This document shows, piece by piece, positions 27,230-40,900 of a stretch of DNA of 64,000 bases. Under the pieces are notes generated by a model that had not been told where the DNA came from, ran no database searches, and worked only from the letters and a program-made list of their open reading frames with translations. This stretch comes from Iphione sp. A-MEVVRFRX5 (taxonomy: Eukaryota), in contig OZ320319.1 of the NCBI GenBank assembly GCA_976226885.1, positions 64,604,001-64,668,000 of the forward strand, given 5' to 3'. The position numbers and the translations under genes are program-made. How positions within the stretch are numbered: the first letter of the stretch is position 1; each line of letters begins with the position of its first letter.

Positions 27230-30200
27230 CACAACATCCCACTGCCACCAAAGCTTTCACGGTCTTTCACCATACCACAGAGACGGTAGGCAGAACAATA
27301 GACCAATACGCAGTGACAAGGCCTCCCTAGTGCCTGGAGACACCTGGTGTAGAGCTAAGACAAGATCTATTACCACTATGCTTTACACCTATTGGTTAGT
27401 TACACGGTTAAATATGATATAGAAGAGTGGGTTAGATGTATACAAGCAAGATTGATCTACAATATACGTGTTGTATATTACAGACGAAGCATTTCTTGTA
27501 TAAAGGGAAGTCTAGAACCATCATCATAGAGACAACTGAAATTGGCCAGAGCAAGTGGCGCAAGAATGATGAATTGGTGGCAGTTGCATTGCCGACTGAG
27601 GCGGCTTGGCAGGCCAATTGAGTGCCCGCGATCCCATCCCGACTTGTCTTGTAGTGTCACCCAATAATACCGGAGCGATCGGCTTAGAGGAGAAGGCTAC
27701 GAGAGGGTAGCACCCGCCACGGACCCCTCTAATCCCCGTGGGCCATCTTCATCCGGCTTAAAGGGCGGTATGCCGGAACCCGCAGGCGAGCGACGGGGTT
27801 CGTGCCGACACCCGGCCGCTGTCCTCTCTCATCCACCACAGAGGCTAAGGTAACGTCTGGACGCCTTCTCGAGGCATGGCGCCGCCCGATCGCCGGAGTA
27901 ATTACTGCCCATTAAAGGTGACCTTTCACCCCTTTTGGCGCGCTCGCGTGCCGCTGATTGGAGGATAATGAGGGAAAAGGCGGCTGAAGCGACGGTCAAT
28001 TGTGACGGTTCTACGTTAGAAAAATCACCGGCACAGGTGAAGGGAAGTCATGGTCATTTTGCGTGAAATAAGCTGATTGACGTGTGTTTAAATTCATACT
28101 GGAACCAACTTTAAATTGTGGATCTTTTCAGGTACGTGGATCTGTGCCAACATATGCGTGAGTACGTGAGTGTGTGTGGAGAGAAAGGAAGAGAGTGAGA
28201 GTGATAGAGGGGAGTGAGTGTGTGTGTTCACATTTTAATACGTCTTGTTTACAGACCGACATACATATACATGTATTTCCTTGTTAAGTGGGTCTAAAAA
28301 GGGAAGAAAGAAAGCAATCATTTGTAAAAGGAAACGATTAAAACACCACAAGAACAAACACCACAACGAAAAGAAGAAAGGAGAAAGACGAGAAAGAAAC
28401 GCAGAGCAAGAGTAGGAATATGTGCTGCCAGGGAAGTAACCCATCGATCTGTAGGGCAGGGCCATCTTAGTAGGGGACTGGGGTCAGCCGGGCGGTCAGC
28501 GTGCTGACCAAGTACTGGGCCTGTCGGTAGGCGTCCGCCCTCGTCCTTCCTGGGTCCCACTAGCCTCGCGGGCGATAACGCGACCCGGAGGCCGCTTCCC
28601 CGGGGACCCCCGCGGGCGTCTATACGCCTTCGACAGGACGCCTCCCCCGTCCTACCCAAAGACGGCACCGAGTCGGTACGCCCTCCTGATGAAACATCCC
28701 ACCATGCTAATACTTATTCTCATCTACACGCCTTTTCTTTTTACTCTGATCAGCGATGCGGCCACATCGGGCATGCAGACAATGGGACAGGGAAGCAGAA
28801 GGAAATAGTATCCAAGGGAAGAAGAAAGTACGTGTACACATGTACACAGTCAAAGCCGTCTGGGTAAGTGATCTGCATTTAAAATCCGCTTAAATGCGAC
28901 GATGAATTATATTGGCACATTCGTTTCAAACCGTTGTTTAATTAATCTGCGTGTCCTAGTGGCAGTGGTATTCAACGTTTAACTCGCATGTTCTATTAGA
29001 AGCAGTGTTATGCATGGTTCCAGACATTGCATAATCACTTTCATACTCAGCTTATTTTCTGCCCGAGGCCCCTGGGTTATTTACACTTGGGACTACTGCT
29101 GGAACGTTTCTGATCAGCTGGAAAGCATAGAGCCTTCTCTGCCGCCGTCGGTCAGTGTTGAAAGCAGCGCTAAACAGCACCGGACCACACTTTGAAATAT
29201 TTAGCCCAGCCACCGACTTGAATTGCTCTCTATATAACATCACTCGACTGGTGTTTGGCGTGAACAGTCTGGACCAAGGTGACGACTGCATATTTTCAGG
29301 ACTGTATCCAGATTCACATGAGGATCCAGAAGGGCCCCGAGAAGTGGTTCCAGACTTCTGCCTTTGCTGTTTTGGACCTGATGATATACACTTCCCTCAC
29401 AACATGTCAGCGCCAGAACAGGTACCACACAATCAGATGCTGAGTGAGACGGGTGTGGGCGCGTCTGTTCTATATGGTCTTGGTCTTTCTGACAAAATAT
29501 TTACGATGCTTTCCTGCTACGCTATTTCCATTAGTAGAAGGAAAGAGCGCACTATGTTGAGCCTTTATGAACCATATTAGAAATGAGATCAGATTAGGCT
29601 GAGGGTTAACTTTAAATTTGGCCAATGTGGCAGCGGACAGTGATAATCGAGTAATGGTGAGAAGTCTTTGACAACTGGCGCGTCGTAACACGACCATCAG
29701 GATGCCTGCTGGACGGCGGCAGCTGCAGGAAACCCGAGCAGGCTTTGGTCTGGCCAGCCGTCATCACCCTCACTGACGGAGGCGCCTGGAGCTCCTCTCC
29801 AGGAGCTGCTCGTCTCACCCCACCCCCGCCCCATCCCCACTCTTCACTGGCATCCGCCTACTCCTCTCCCTCCCCTAAACAGGCACCATAACGCACACAC
29901 AGAGGAATGCACATACATAGCAAGGAAACGAGAGGGGAGAAAGCAAGGGATTGTAGAAGGGTATGAGCATATTAGAGGGAAGAGGATAAGGTAAGAAAGA
30001 AAAGGGGACACGGGAAAAAGAATAGATGGTTATGGGATGATGAAAGGCAGGAAGCGTAGAGCAAAAAGGGGAATGGCCTATAATAAGGAATAGATGCGGG
30101 AGGGTTTACATCGGCGGCACTGGAGAAGAGAGCAGCGGGAGTGTGGCGGTGGATCCTACGTGATGTGTGACGGAGAAGGTTGATACGGCGACGTGATCCC

Positions 30201-32131
30201 GTCACATGTGCGCCTCAGACGCCACCATGGCGACCGGAAGACGCCAAGAAAGGGCCTCACTCTGAAACCAAGCTGCGTGCGCAGCGTAAGGCGACACCTT
30301 TCGGATTCTAATCGAAACAAACACTCCCCAGGGTTCGCCTGCGTCGAGAGGCGGCGTGAGAACGTATCGCGCTCTTTAGAAAATAACCGGCCTTTACCGA
30401 GCAACCCACATGAGTGCCTCAGGGGGGAAGCAAGAGGTGTTGTACTCAAATTCACATTGATTTGATTAGACGTAGTATTTGCTGATTTGTTGGTGTCGCA
30501 GATGTAACGTTTCTACAGCCAATTATCAAACTGTAATCAAAAAGACCCACACGTTTGTTTTTACATCAAACTTGAGACCGGATAATGTGCTCTTGTATCG
30601 AAATAGTTTAATTCAATTGTAAACACTTGCCTATGGCCACCCTGAAGTTTGATGTTGTGAAGGGTCGTCTTTGCTTATCATGTCATTTTTGTTGCATAAT
30701 ACAATCAGGTGAGTGTAATTTAACCAGGGTACGCTTCCAGGCCTTTAAAACTCATTACACAGTCTTAAGCTCTTATCTATTTCGTATCACATCAGTGACG
30801 AAATACATACAGAACGATGGTGGTGAACACTCTACCGCCTTGTTCCCGATCTCATTTGTTCATTTGCTCCAGACGGGTTCTGTATTCTGTGAAAGCAACT
30901 CAACCCCCCATCAGAAAGACACACATGCGGCGGGTTCTACGTTTTCCTGCAGGTCACTCCTTCCACCTCCAGGGTAGCTAACACAGAACAGCACCCAGTC
31001 GTCGCTGCCTTGGGGGGCCAAACGGCCGAGAAACGTGTCGCCTAAATGTGATTATAGCTGTCCGCTGTCGGTGGGTGACCCGAGAACAACTGGGAAGCTT
31101 GGTAACCGTCACCGTTGTAGTAGGGAGAGTCGCCAGATCGGCGCCCACAACAGGATGCAATGCAAACGGATGGTCACTCGAAATTGGTGTATAGATGAAT
31201 AAGGACGAACTGACACCGTTCTTTGCATATCTTACACAAGCAAAATGACGTACAAAATAGGGCAAGCAACGGGAGGTAAAAGTCGTTAATTATTCCATGT
31301 GTGCACTACATGTTAAAAAGTGATGCAAACATGCTGGGAAGCAGACTCTGCAAACACTGTCAGAATTGTGTAACAAATGATATGGATTACGTTGTGGATG
31401 TTGTTTGACTTATAACCTCATCATGGGGACTGTATCATTATCCGGCACAGTCCTGAGGATTGGATATTTTATTAAGAAGGCCTGTTTAGAGCGGATGTGT
31501 TAATCAGCTACTCACACATCCTCAGCGAGAAAGGCCCCAGAATGTGTCAACGCAAGAACATGCCACCGACAGCAGAGCCCACATTTTACCACTGCCCCCT
31601 TCGCCCCTCCCCACCACCATCAACATCACCATCATGCGCACACTTCTTCCTCCTTTCCGCTAAAGCCTGCTGCGCATGCGTGTGGCCACAGATCAGCTGA
31701 TTCCTCAGGCACACATCCCCTCCCCCGACCCTCAGCTCTTGCCGCCCCAATTGGCCTGTGCCGTGCATGCTCGAGAGGGGAGAAAAGCATACTGTTAGCC
31801 ATAATTTCATATCTGAGCAATTCCATAACGCCTGGCGCGTGCGTACTACCCGTCGGGTCGACGGCACGGCAAGGGCCGGGGTGAAAGGAGACAGGGATGC
31901 GTTGAGAGGCGGCAGTAATGCAAGCAGAAAGCGATAAGGCGGTGTATGCATCCGTGCAGCCGCGGGCGCCCACTTATCGCCCTCTACAGGCGCAGACAAC
32001 TCGGCCTTTTGCAGCTGCTTTAGATGCTTTACCCTAATATACTTCATGTAGTCCTTCAAATCACTGCCCTCAACCCCCTGCATGCCATTCTTTCAATGCT
32101 ATACGGGTGGTATACTGCGCATATACTTTAA

Positions 32132-32670
32132 GGCCCGGTTTCCATGTGTATGAAAAAGTCTTCCACACCACGCATTCCATGGTACGAGGAAAAAATTCCA
32201 TGAGAATGTACAGGGTTGTTTCCATAAATACAGGTGTATGGGTCCATGGTACAGGTCCATAGACCCAAAACAGACCATGTTCATTTTTTTCCAGACCATG
32301 GACACCCACAGAACAGTAGTCTAGGAAGATGGGCCTTTTCAGATCGATAAATACTGTCTATCACATGATAGATGATATGAAATATTTTTAATTTGCATGT
32401 TATTTACATACAAGCCACACAATTTTCGCCAATATGCTTCAACCTCCATGAAAAGCCACACAATTTCCACTGATATGCTTCATTCTCCACGAAAAACTTC
32501 ACAATTTCCACAGATGTGCTTCAACCTCCATTAAAATAGATAGATAGAGATAGAGAGAACATCAAACTCAGATGCATGGAAACTAGGTGTCCATGCCAGT
32601 CTGCAAAACTGGCCAATTTTCCACACTGGCATGGAGGACGGAAAAAAGTCTGTACACAGAAAACCAGGCC
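32132..32670. mobile_element. Non-autonomous DNA transposon (MITE), PIF/Harbinger/Tourist-like, 539 bp
   Basis: TAA on both flanks (32129-32131 and 32671-32673). Left TIR GGCCCGGTTTCCATGTGTA versus reverse complement of right end GGCCTGGTTTTCTGTGTA. Internal inverted 10-mer CATGGACACC (32297-32306) / GGTGTCCATG (32586-32595). Confidence 0.75.
32412..32534. repeat. Three tandem copies of a degenerate 41-bp unit (approx. AAGCCACACAATTTCCACTGATATGCTTCAACCTCCATGAA) inside the MITE
   Basis: Units start at 32412, 32453 and 32494; head-to-tail with no spacers. Confidence 0.9.
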
Positions 32671-35600
32671 TAAGACTCCATACATGGACATTTACATGTA
32701 TATGTATAGGTGGTTTATCATGAGGAATGGATTTTAAAATCCTAGTTGGGACAGGATGCATAATATGAAATGCCAGTACAGTGATCCAAGAATGGATTAA
32801 CTAAATGAAAAGGCTTCATATATGTTGTGTATATAAAAGGTGCAGAAGAATATTAAATTAAAAATGTAATAGTTTACACAAAACGTACGGAACACCAAAA
32901 GCATTCTTGGTTAATGTCTAATCTTCCTAAATACTAGGACGGCTTGAAACTGTGCAATAAATATTGCAACCCAGTGCAACATTTCCTAATTTCTAACGTA
33001 CGAAGAAACTGAAATGGTTCCGAGGGCAGGTCGTTATCGCTTCAGAGTACATCTCAGTCGAGAGTGATAATCACTGAAATAAAGCCAGCCATTATTTCCG
33101 AGGTGACTCTATTGAGCTCTACTTTGGGGTCTCCGGGGAAAAGTTGGGATGACACCGTGATCTCATCTAGGCCTATAAATCCGCTCTCCAGCTGATAGTT
33201 CGGGATCACCCACTCCCCCCCACCAACCCCAACATCACCCCACCCTTCAACCACCTCCCCCAATACCATACTGTTGCCCTTGCTCAACTACCATCAGTGC
33301 ACGTTTTTAAGCAGGGTGTAAGGGGATGGGGGAGGGAGAGGAAGGAGGGCAAGTAGTGTCAATATTTGAGCCACATCCACTCGATCAGCTCGACTGGGTG
33401 CTCGCGGTAAATTGTTTGAGATGAAACTACACGTGGGGCTTAATATATTTGATGGGAAATGTTGAAACTATTAGACAGGGCGCGCTGACAATGCGCCGCC
33501 AGTGTACACATGGCCTGATAATGGTCAAACAAAAGCCTGCATCCGCGCGGCCAGCCTTATAAATGGTATTACATTTTCATATGAAAGCCCCACGTCTGTT
33601 ACGGTAGACCGGGGACTGGTGGTCAATGGAAAAGTTAGCCTCTGCTGGCGACACGTTGTTGACGGCGCGCATATGAGTACCTTGCGTGCCGAGGACGGAT
33701 CGCCTGCAATGATTAAAGCATTAATTCTCTCGTTTATTGCTGTTTGTGCTGCTTGTGGGCTATTCCGCCCCACTGGGTTGAAGTGACAAGAGGAAAGGAC
33801 ATTTCTTGCACAGTCCATCTTCATGTCCACGTAAATAATTTTCAAATACTCTATCCGCAAATAAAACCCCTTGATGGCTAACACGGCGTGACGTGGTCAT
33901 TGATAAACTAGAGCAACCGGAGTGGAAAATAACTGGTATGGTATGTGGAAAAAGAAAGAGAATGAATGGTTTTGTACCGTTCAGCCCAATTCCCAAATCC
34001 CTTCGTGACCTTTGCCATTCAGGCCTCCTAGCCGCTGACGTTGCGAGGAGATGGGATGTCCACTGCTGTCCGAAAACTGACCACTTGTCTAGCTGCTGCC
34101 GCTAAGTATCGATCCGGCAGGCGGTGCCTCTAATGAACTTTACCGTCGGTAATCAGAAGGCCCCCCTAGCGGGGGTAGAACGCAAGTGCCCCTATGCACC
34201 CCTCAGGCAGCACTGACTGGCGGAGCGGTTGGGAGTCAAATACCCACCTCCCCTCCTTTACCCCGGCCCAACTCGATCCAACACCTTCGGGCATGGACAA
34301 CGCGGCCAAGGCCACCCTTCCCACCTTATTACTTTATAAATCCACTTCATTTAGTTGGCTCCAGCTCTATCCTCTCTCGTGGCGCGTTATTTAGTGGCGG
34401 CAACTCACCAATAGTCGCCTGCTCCTTGTCACAAAGTTTCATACATACGTATCACAGTCCTGCCTCGGTATACTGACACAAATTATCACAGAAACATTGT
34501 CATGCAAATTAAATAAAAATGATACAATTTGTTTTAAAAGGTCGGTCATTCTAATGAATATGTTATAATGGCAGTAATAATAACTATGCGTGACTGGACG
34601 TTTATGTGTGTGGGCGCATATTTTACCGTATACGAGCTTTTCTCAACGTGCATATTAAACAATTTTTATCATCAAGGTGTATAAACATGCACATGACTGT
34701 CATACACATAAACGGCTATGTATACAGAAGTCGGGCTTTTCATACACATATCCATTAATGTATACCAATGTCACACTAAAGCCCACTTCATAAGAACATC
34801 GAGCGTGTAGCGTCATTGTCTATAGTAGCTGCTTCCCGTGAGGGACGTAACGAGAGCGGTGGGATGTGGTTTTAAGTACTATTAAATGCGATTCGCGGCG
34901 AAGGGAATCAAGCCGCAAACCGCCCAAGTTGTCCTCGATCAGACTGGGCGGGTATATACAGTGCACCAGGACCATCACGCCTGAGGGGAATTGTCCACGC
35001 GACCAAGACCAGACAGTCCCCCACCCCTCTTCAAGGCTAAGGGCAGGGAGCACAGAGGGCAGACAGAGAGATCGGGTATGGGTGGGGAGGAGGAGGTGCA
35101 GGGCGTAGGACATTGGATTTCAGCCAGGGCAGGCAATGCATTGATAAAAGACCAGGCCTGAATCAACCGTTACTGATAGATGGCAGGTCAACATTTACCC
35201 ACCGTGCAATCACTGTAATACAGCTCCTGTCTTTGTGTACTCTTATTTGGCTCCTGTCTTCCCATTCTCTCGCAGCGCGTAGGTCTCCCTCTGAAGCAGG
35301 TGCACAGATTGTATGCATATCTACCACAGATATTTCCACAGTACAATAATATGAATAGCCGCTCGTTTATGGGGTATTATGGATTCTGTGTATTCGAGGG
35401 GAAGCGTATTTGTCGTTGCATGAGCACATTGATTAACATGACGTCTTAATGCGCCTCCTAGCGTAGCCGGCGCGGATTACTTCTGGATCTGTATTTAACG
35501 CCAATAGACACTGATATCTGACGATGGTGGACTACTTGGGAGAATTCCCTAGAGGTGGCGTATTTCCATGAGTGGAAGGATGAGACTGGTCTGGAATAGT

Positions 35601-35796
35601 CTTTTCTCTGTGACAGATGCAAATACCATGCGGGTGCTTTCAGTCTTCATGTACAGTGCCTTTCAAGTTTTCTTCTAACAATCCCTCGTACAAGTCAATG
35701 CTGACTAGGATATAATCTGTAATTGCATGATCCTTTCAATTTTTTGTCGCCATAAATATAGTGGCTGTGTTACATAGAAATAGTTCCAGATGTAAC

Positions 35797-35865
35797 AGTA
35801 GCAGCAGTAGTAGTAGTTGTAGTAATAATAGTAGTAAGAGTAATTGTAGAAGTAGTAAGAATAGG
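35797..35865. repeat. Degenerate (AGT/TAG)n trinucleotide repeat
   Basis: agtagcagcagtagtagtagttgtagtaataatagtagtaag...; this explains the poly-Tyr stretch in ORF 35705..36007(-). Confidence 0.85.
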
Positions 35866-37740
35866 TAGGCATCAGAGGAGGAGTGGAACAAGGAGAACGG
35901 TACCTGAGAAGAGAAAACCGTATGGTTAAGGAGATATCTGTGTGTACTATGGGCATTTGTAATACACTTTGAGGTGAATCAGGCCATAAAAGCATAGTTC
36001 GTAGCAAGGAGGTGGGGAAAGGTCCCCGTCACAGATGATTAACGTGCGTCAGCTGAAGGCCAGCAGGCTCGACACCTCGTCAGTATGACTAATTAGCTCG
36101 TCACACATCGCCTGATTCATGCTGCAGCACCGGCAGCACTGGTAATACTACGCACGCACGCAGGCACGCACACACGCGCAACCTCTCTCACGCACGCAGG
36201 AACCAGTGGGCGACGCCCTGAACAGCAAACTCCTCGTCCTTGTCACGCCAACGCCAGTCAACAAAACTGGAAAAATGATTTACAGTTCCTCTTGATTTCT
36301 GACTAGAAAACGTCCTGGTAGCACGAGGTTGCCCGTGTGGGTGGCATGCACCTCTTCCTAGGCTCACGTGTGACCAGCTATCGTCTTCACGTCTTAAGTT
36401 GGATGTAACCAGAAGGCTTTTTACCTCGTGATACAATTGGAAATACAGACGGGATCTAAAGAGCACCGTTGGCTTGTTTTATAGGCTTGCATTCATTCGA
36501 TGACACGTAGTATTTAGACGGACCACTCAGCATTGTGCCTTCAATGACTGCTGTTTCATGACAGCTCAGTCTGTGCCAACTGCCCGCACTCCCAACAATC
36601 CTAACCAACCGCCGTGCACACTGCGGCATGCATTACATTTATTACGTTGTTATGATTATCCAATAAGTCATTGATTGCCGCCTACTTGGCTTTATCACCT
36701 GCGCGCAGCCGCCAACCGGAAAGACGGCCACAGGCATGCGCAGAACAGCCCCAGGGCCTCCATCGACTGGCAGCACGCGATCGAAGAATGGGGTGGGCGG
36801 CCGCACTCTGAAAGGCGGCAGCGGGGGAGGTTGGGCCAAAAAATTAACTGTTATTGGCCGCATTATTTTGTAATTTACTAATTGGGACGTGCGGGCCAGG
36901 TCCGTGTGTGGGTCTGGATTTGCGCGCGAGGAGATGGGAGCTGTCGCGCATGGATAATACTGTACTGTGGCGTGGCTTGTGGGGAGCGAGTGCCTGCGAG
37001 CAACTACGAGCAGCTTCTATTGACTTGTTCATGAACGGCTCACGTGCGAGCGTTTATGGTATTACGGAGACCATTACAGATATTACATGATTAGCCGCTC
37101 TTGTTTTCATTTAATTCCATAATGCGCCACGCCGACTCATCCGCAGCCAAATCCCCTGTTGACTTTGGGCCCGGCGGCCGGGGAGAGGGTGCTTCAGCCA
37201 AGGCACTCCCCCGGGTCGGTGGTATTTGATCCTTTTTACCGGCACGGCTGCAGACAAGTCAGGCCGTTTGAGTAGGGCCGGGTTAGTTTGGATCGTAAAG
37301 GCTCTGAACTGTGAGCAAAGCAGCCGTGGAAGCCACATAAACAGCTAGTAGCAATTCCCGTTGTATTCTTAAGAGCAGCTACGAGGAGCAAAGCTAGTCA
37401 TTGGGTCCTGCATAGGCGTATATGTGACCATTCTGTATTGTGGTAATTACATCATATAAATGAAGATCTCTATGTTGAACAGAGTGAATAGAACAATCAG
37501 CAATTTGCATATCACGGCCGTTCAGATCGTATTCACTGTGTACGTGACTACATGTACTAATCGATGAAATCGCACGCCGGAAACCGAATAAATGTACATG
37601 TATCATAATGTTCTAAAAGGACCTTAAATTCATAGCAAATTTGTATGAGGACTCATTTCTAAACCCTTCATGAATGGGATAACTTTCTGTTAAATTGATA
37701 CAAGTGCCAAGCGATCAGAAATTCATGAAATCTACCAAGA

Positions 37741-37758
37741 ATATATATATATATATAT
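37741..37758. repeat. Short (AT)n run
   Basis: atatatatatatatatat read directly. Confidence 0.9.
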
Positions 37759-37935
37759 CGATATAGATAAAGTTATGCATGTACTATACTGCACTGCAAG
37801 GCTTTGGTATAGTCCGAATGTAGAGCACGTTTCTCAAGCGAGGATTGGGCGCGTGCCTAGCGACCTGGCTTTGGGCTCAATCTAATAAAGCCTTGTCCTT
37901 TCCACCCTTGGTGCCTACAACCTTTACCCCTCCGC

Positions 37936-37948
37936 AGGTCACAGGTCA
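37936..37948 (+). promoter_or_regulatory. Perfect nuclear-receptor DR1 element AGGTCA-C-AGGTCA
   Basis: Read directly; an extra AGGTCA half-site sits at 38035-38040. Confidence 0.4.
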
Positions 37949-40900
37949 CAGCGAGCTTGGGCCCACTCCATCTTGGTCCAATATCTAAATTGGGCAGCAA
38001 GCAGCTATCTGTCGGCGTCTAGGTACCCACAGTGAGGTCACTAACATACTATTTCTGTATATACGACAGGTATCTCACATTGCTATGGCGGTTGTATCCA
38101 GGTGGAATATTTTATTTCAATAGATGTACATGTACACACAGGAACTTACTCTCATATCTTAAAAAAAGCACGGATTGGGGAGAATTTCCTTTTTGATATA
38201 AAAAAACGACACCTGGAGGATGACACGTGCTGATTCAATTGCCTTTCCCTCTGAACATAAAGCGTATCGATTCTAAGGTCGGCCGCCGTCGATGGTTGAG
38301 TATAATTGAGATTCGAGGTGGGAACGTTAAGGAGGGGGTGGTACGAACAACACGGAGAAGAAAGGAAAAAACCATCATAGGCCTTATCTTGCATACAGAG
38401 GATGCTTCTGAGCGGGTGACAGCGGGGACCACCCGTTGGTCACAATGGGACGCCCCCTGCGCCCGCCACCGTCCCCCCTTTAACGGACGTCAACCGATGG
38501 GACAATGGCCCGACGTCGGCGGTCGACGGCCGACGATGACGGCAACTGACGGCGCCCCTCCGCGGTTATCAGGGCGACGAGCGGACGTTTGATCGCGGCC
38601 ACCTCCATTATTTATGGTGGCCCCATTCATCATCGTTCCGATTCGTTAACGCGCGCCTGTCGTGCTCCCACCCCCTGGCCCCGCTCGCCGCGCGCCCTCA
38701 GAGTGACAACTTCCGGGAGAAATTTCCCGCCCGGAAGTGAACTTTCCGCTCGTGTGGTCAACCCCTGCACTACCTAGTCTAAAATCTCACCCTGAATGTC
38801 ATCATATTTACTCTGTAATGTTGCCTGTCCTTTCTACTGCCGAATTCACGTCATGTTCGCCATGTGTATTTTGCCTCTAAGTTGCCTCTGGGATGATCAG
38901 TGGTATTAGAAGACTGACTGGGGTGAATATCTGACGGCTTTCATGTGACGTCGCTGATGTCTTATGAGCCAATTACCATTTAATCAGTTGACCCCTGGTC
39001 GCTCAGTCCGCCCAGTAGTTAATTATTTCTAATCAATGCAGTCGGCTAGGGTCCATTGTTCGCCTGGTACAGGTCCGCGACAAAGCACCGCTCATTATTT
39101 CCACAGCACACGTGCCAAGTCGCGAAGATCACGTAACGAGCGCGAGAGCGCGCGTTATGTGGGAATGGGAGCAACGAAGGAGAGAACGCGAAGCTGCCAA
39201 CAAGAAGGATGAGATAAAACACGCCATTTTTTCCCTCTCACGCCTGGTAATTGCGGCGTGAACATTCAAAAGCCAGTGCATAATCTCCACTGGGCCATTC
39301 AGCGAGTTTCATAATTTCATTGTAGCCACTGAAGTGCTGATAAAACCTGCCAATACAACTTATGCTAATTCTTGCAAACAAGCAAGGACGGGTGTAAAAT
39401 TTCTCTATCGGCCATCGTGATGAGGCGATCCTAGTTGAATAACTCTATTCGATGCCGTTGCGTAAGGCTATTGGGTGCGAGTGCCGCCGCCTTTTGTCCA
39501 TAGAGCTGACCATCCTGAAACAACTCTGCCTCCCTGTTGTTGCACCCAGGCAGGTGCATGGACATGGTCACTATCACATATGATGCTTGTTGCCGTCCGT
39601 CGCGGCTTAGTTAGTTGATATCCGCTGGTCATCCGATTAGAGGGGGTTAAGTGCTCCACTGACCGGTAGTGGATCTTGGACAGATCCTTGTTCCCTGGAG
39701 CTTTTCTCGCCCCAGAGGGCAGAGAGACACTGATGCCTCTTGGTCTTGCTATTGTTCTCCAGGGACGGACAGCCTCCGGGCTTTAGAGTCCGGAAATAGG
39801 GCGCTTTGGTTTCACAATAAACTCACCGCCGTTTGTAGTAAGCACAGGGCGTTGTCTACATTGTGTTGAATATTTGCCTCGAGGGAATGAGCTATCTCGA
39901 TGCTCTTGTATACTGAGTAGTGTTTGTGAGAAATGTAGCATACGGATCAAGCGTTGAAGCATCAGTGCGGCAGCCAGACCTAGTCTACCTGCTCGTAACT
40001 ATTACATGTATTGTCCTTTTCAATGTGTTAATTAGGACGTCGCAGTCTGACACCGGCCCTCTTCTAGATCATCAAACTCAGTCCTTTTACAAACTATGCT
40101 AATGCCAAGTTGTTAGTGGGTAGTCAAACGGCTCGGATGGGAGAAAAGTAGCTCCTCAAGCAGCGATCACGTCCGGGGCCCCCGGGGAAAGCGCTACAAT
40201 AACGGAGTAGATGAACACACAAGTCGGTTATAGTAAGCACGGTCACACTGCTTAAATGTTGACGTATTTGTTTAGCGCTTTGAAACTGTTATCCTGGGGT
40301 CATAATCTAATAATCTGCGCATGCGTGCAGTATAAACAGAAGGACCGACTGAGCATAAGGCCTGATCTTTTGTTTGCATTCCCGGCGCATCCCACACCGT
40401 GCCGCTTCCGGCATGGATGTCGTTATGAAATGAATTTAACATCGCTGGGTTTCCTATGTGCAGGCAAGCTAGCATCAGCGAGTGGGCGTTTGGGAGGGGT
40501 CGGGGGTAGGTGGTGAAGGAGCGGGAGGGAGAAGGCTGGGGGTAAGGAGATGATCTGGAACTGCGAAGTCAAAATGGTGCCGACACAGTCCTGTCGGCAT
40601 TTGAATTCCATGCATCTCCGACGTGGGTGTCATTATAATGGGCACCAGGATTATGAATGACAATGGTGGCAACTCATCTGCATTCCCATTTTCAGTTACG
40701 CTTTCTTCCAATCGAACTGAAGAGCATTTAGGGTTTCGTGATTTGACCTGAATAAATAAAGCGCCAAACGGCCGCAATTTGTATTTAAAAAAAAGAAGAA
40801 AAGCGCCAGAGGGCCACGATTTGTAAATATTCTGGTAATGTATATGCAGACGTAGCGAGGATTGTAAACATTGGGATTGTCCTTCATAAACCGTCAATAG

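Noticed and set aside
29341-29361. AEVWNHF on the minus strand, resembling the start of a BED zinc finger (hAT transposase)
   Set aside because: No CxxC or HxxxxH follows in frame, stops occur within about 10 codons, and no hAT TIRs or 8-bp TSD were seen.
31586-32083. 165-aa minus-strand ORF with a helical-looking start (SDLKDYMKYIRVKHLKQLQKAE)
   Set aside because: No family motif recognised; the remainder is typical GC-rich non-coding translation, and no splice-supported partner exons were seen.
32412-32534. 41-bp repeats considered as a CRISPR-like array
   Set aside because: Head-to-tail degenerate tandem units with no unique spacers, located in a eukaryotic intron inside a MITE.
33054-33287. 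GFIGLDEITV in a minus-strand ORF, resembling the MAM-domain GxIAIDDI motif
   Set aside because: The surrounding MAM pattern and cysteines are absent, and there is no exon context.
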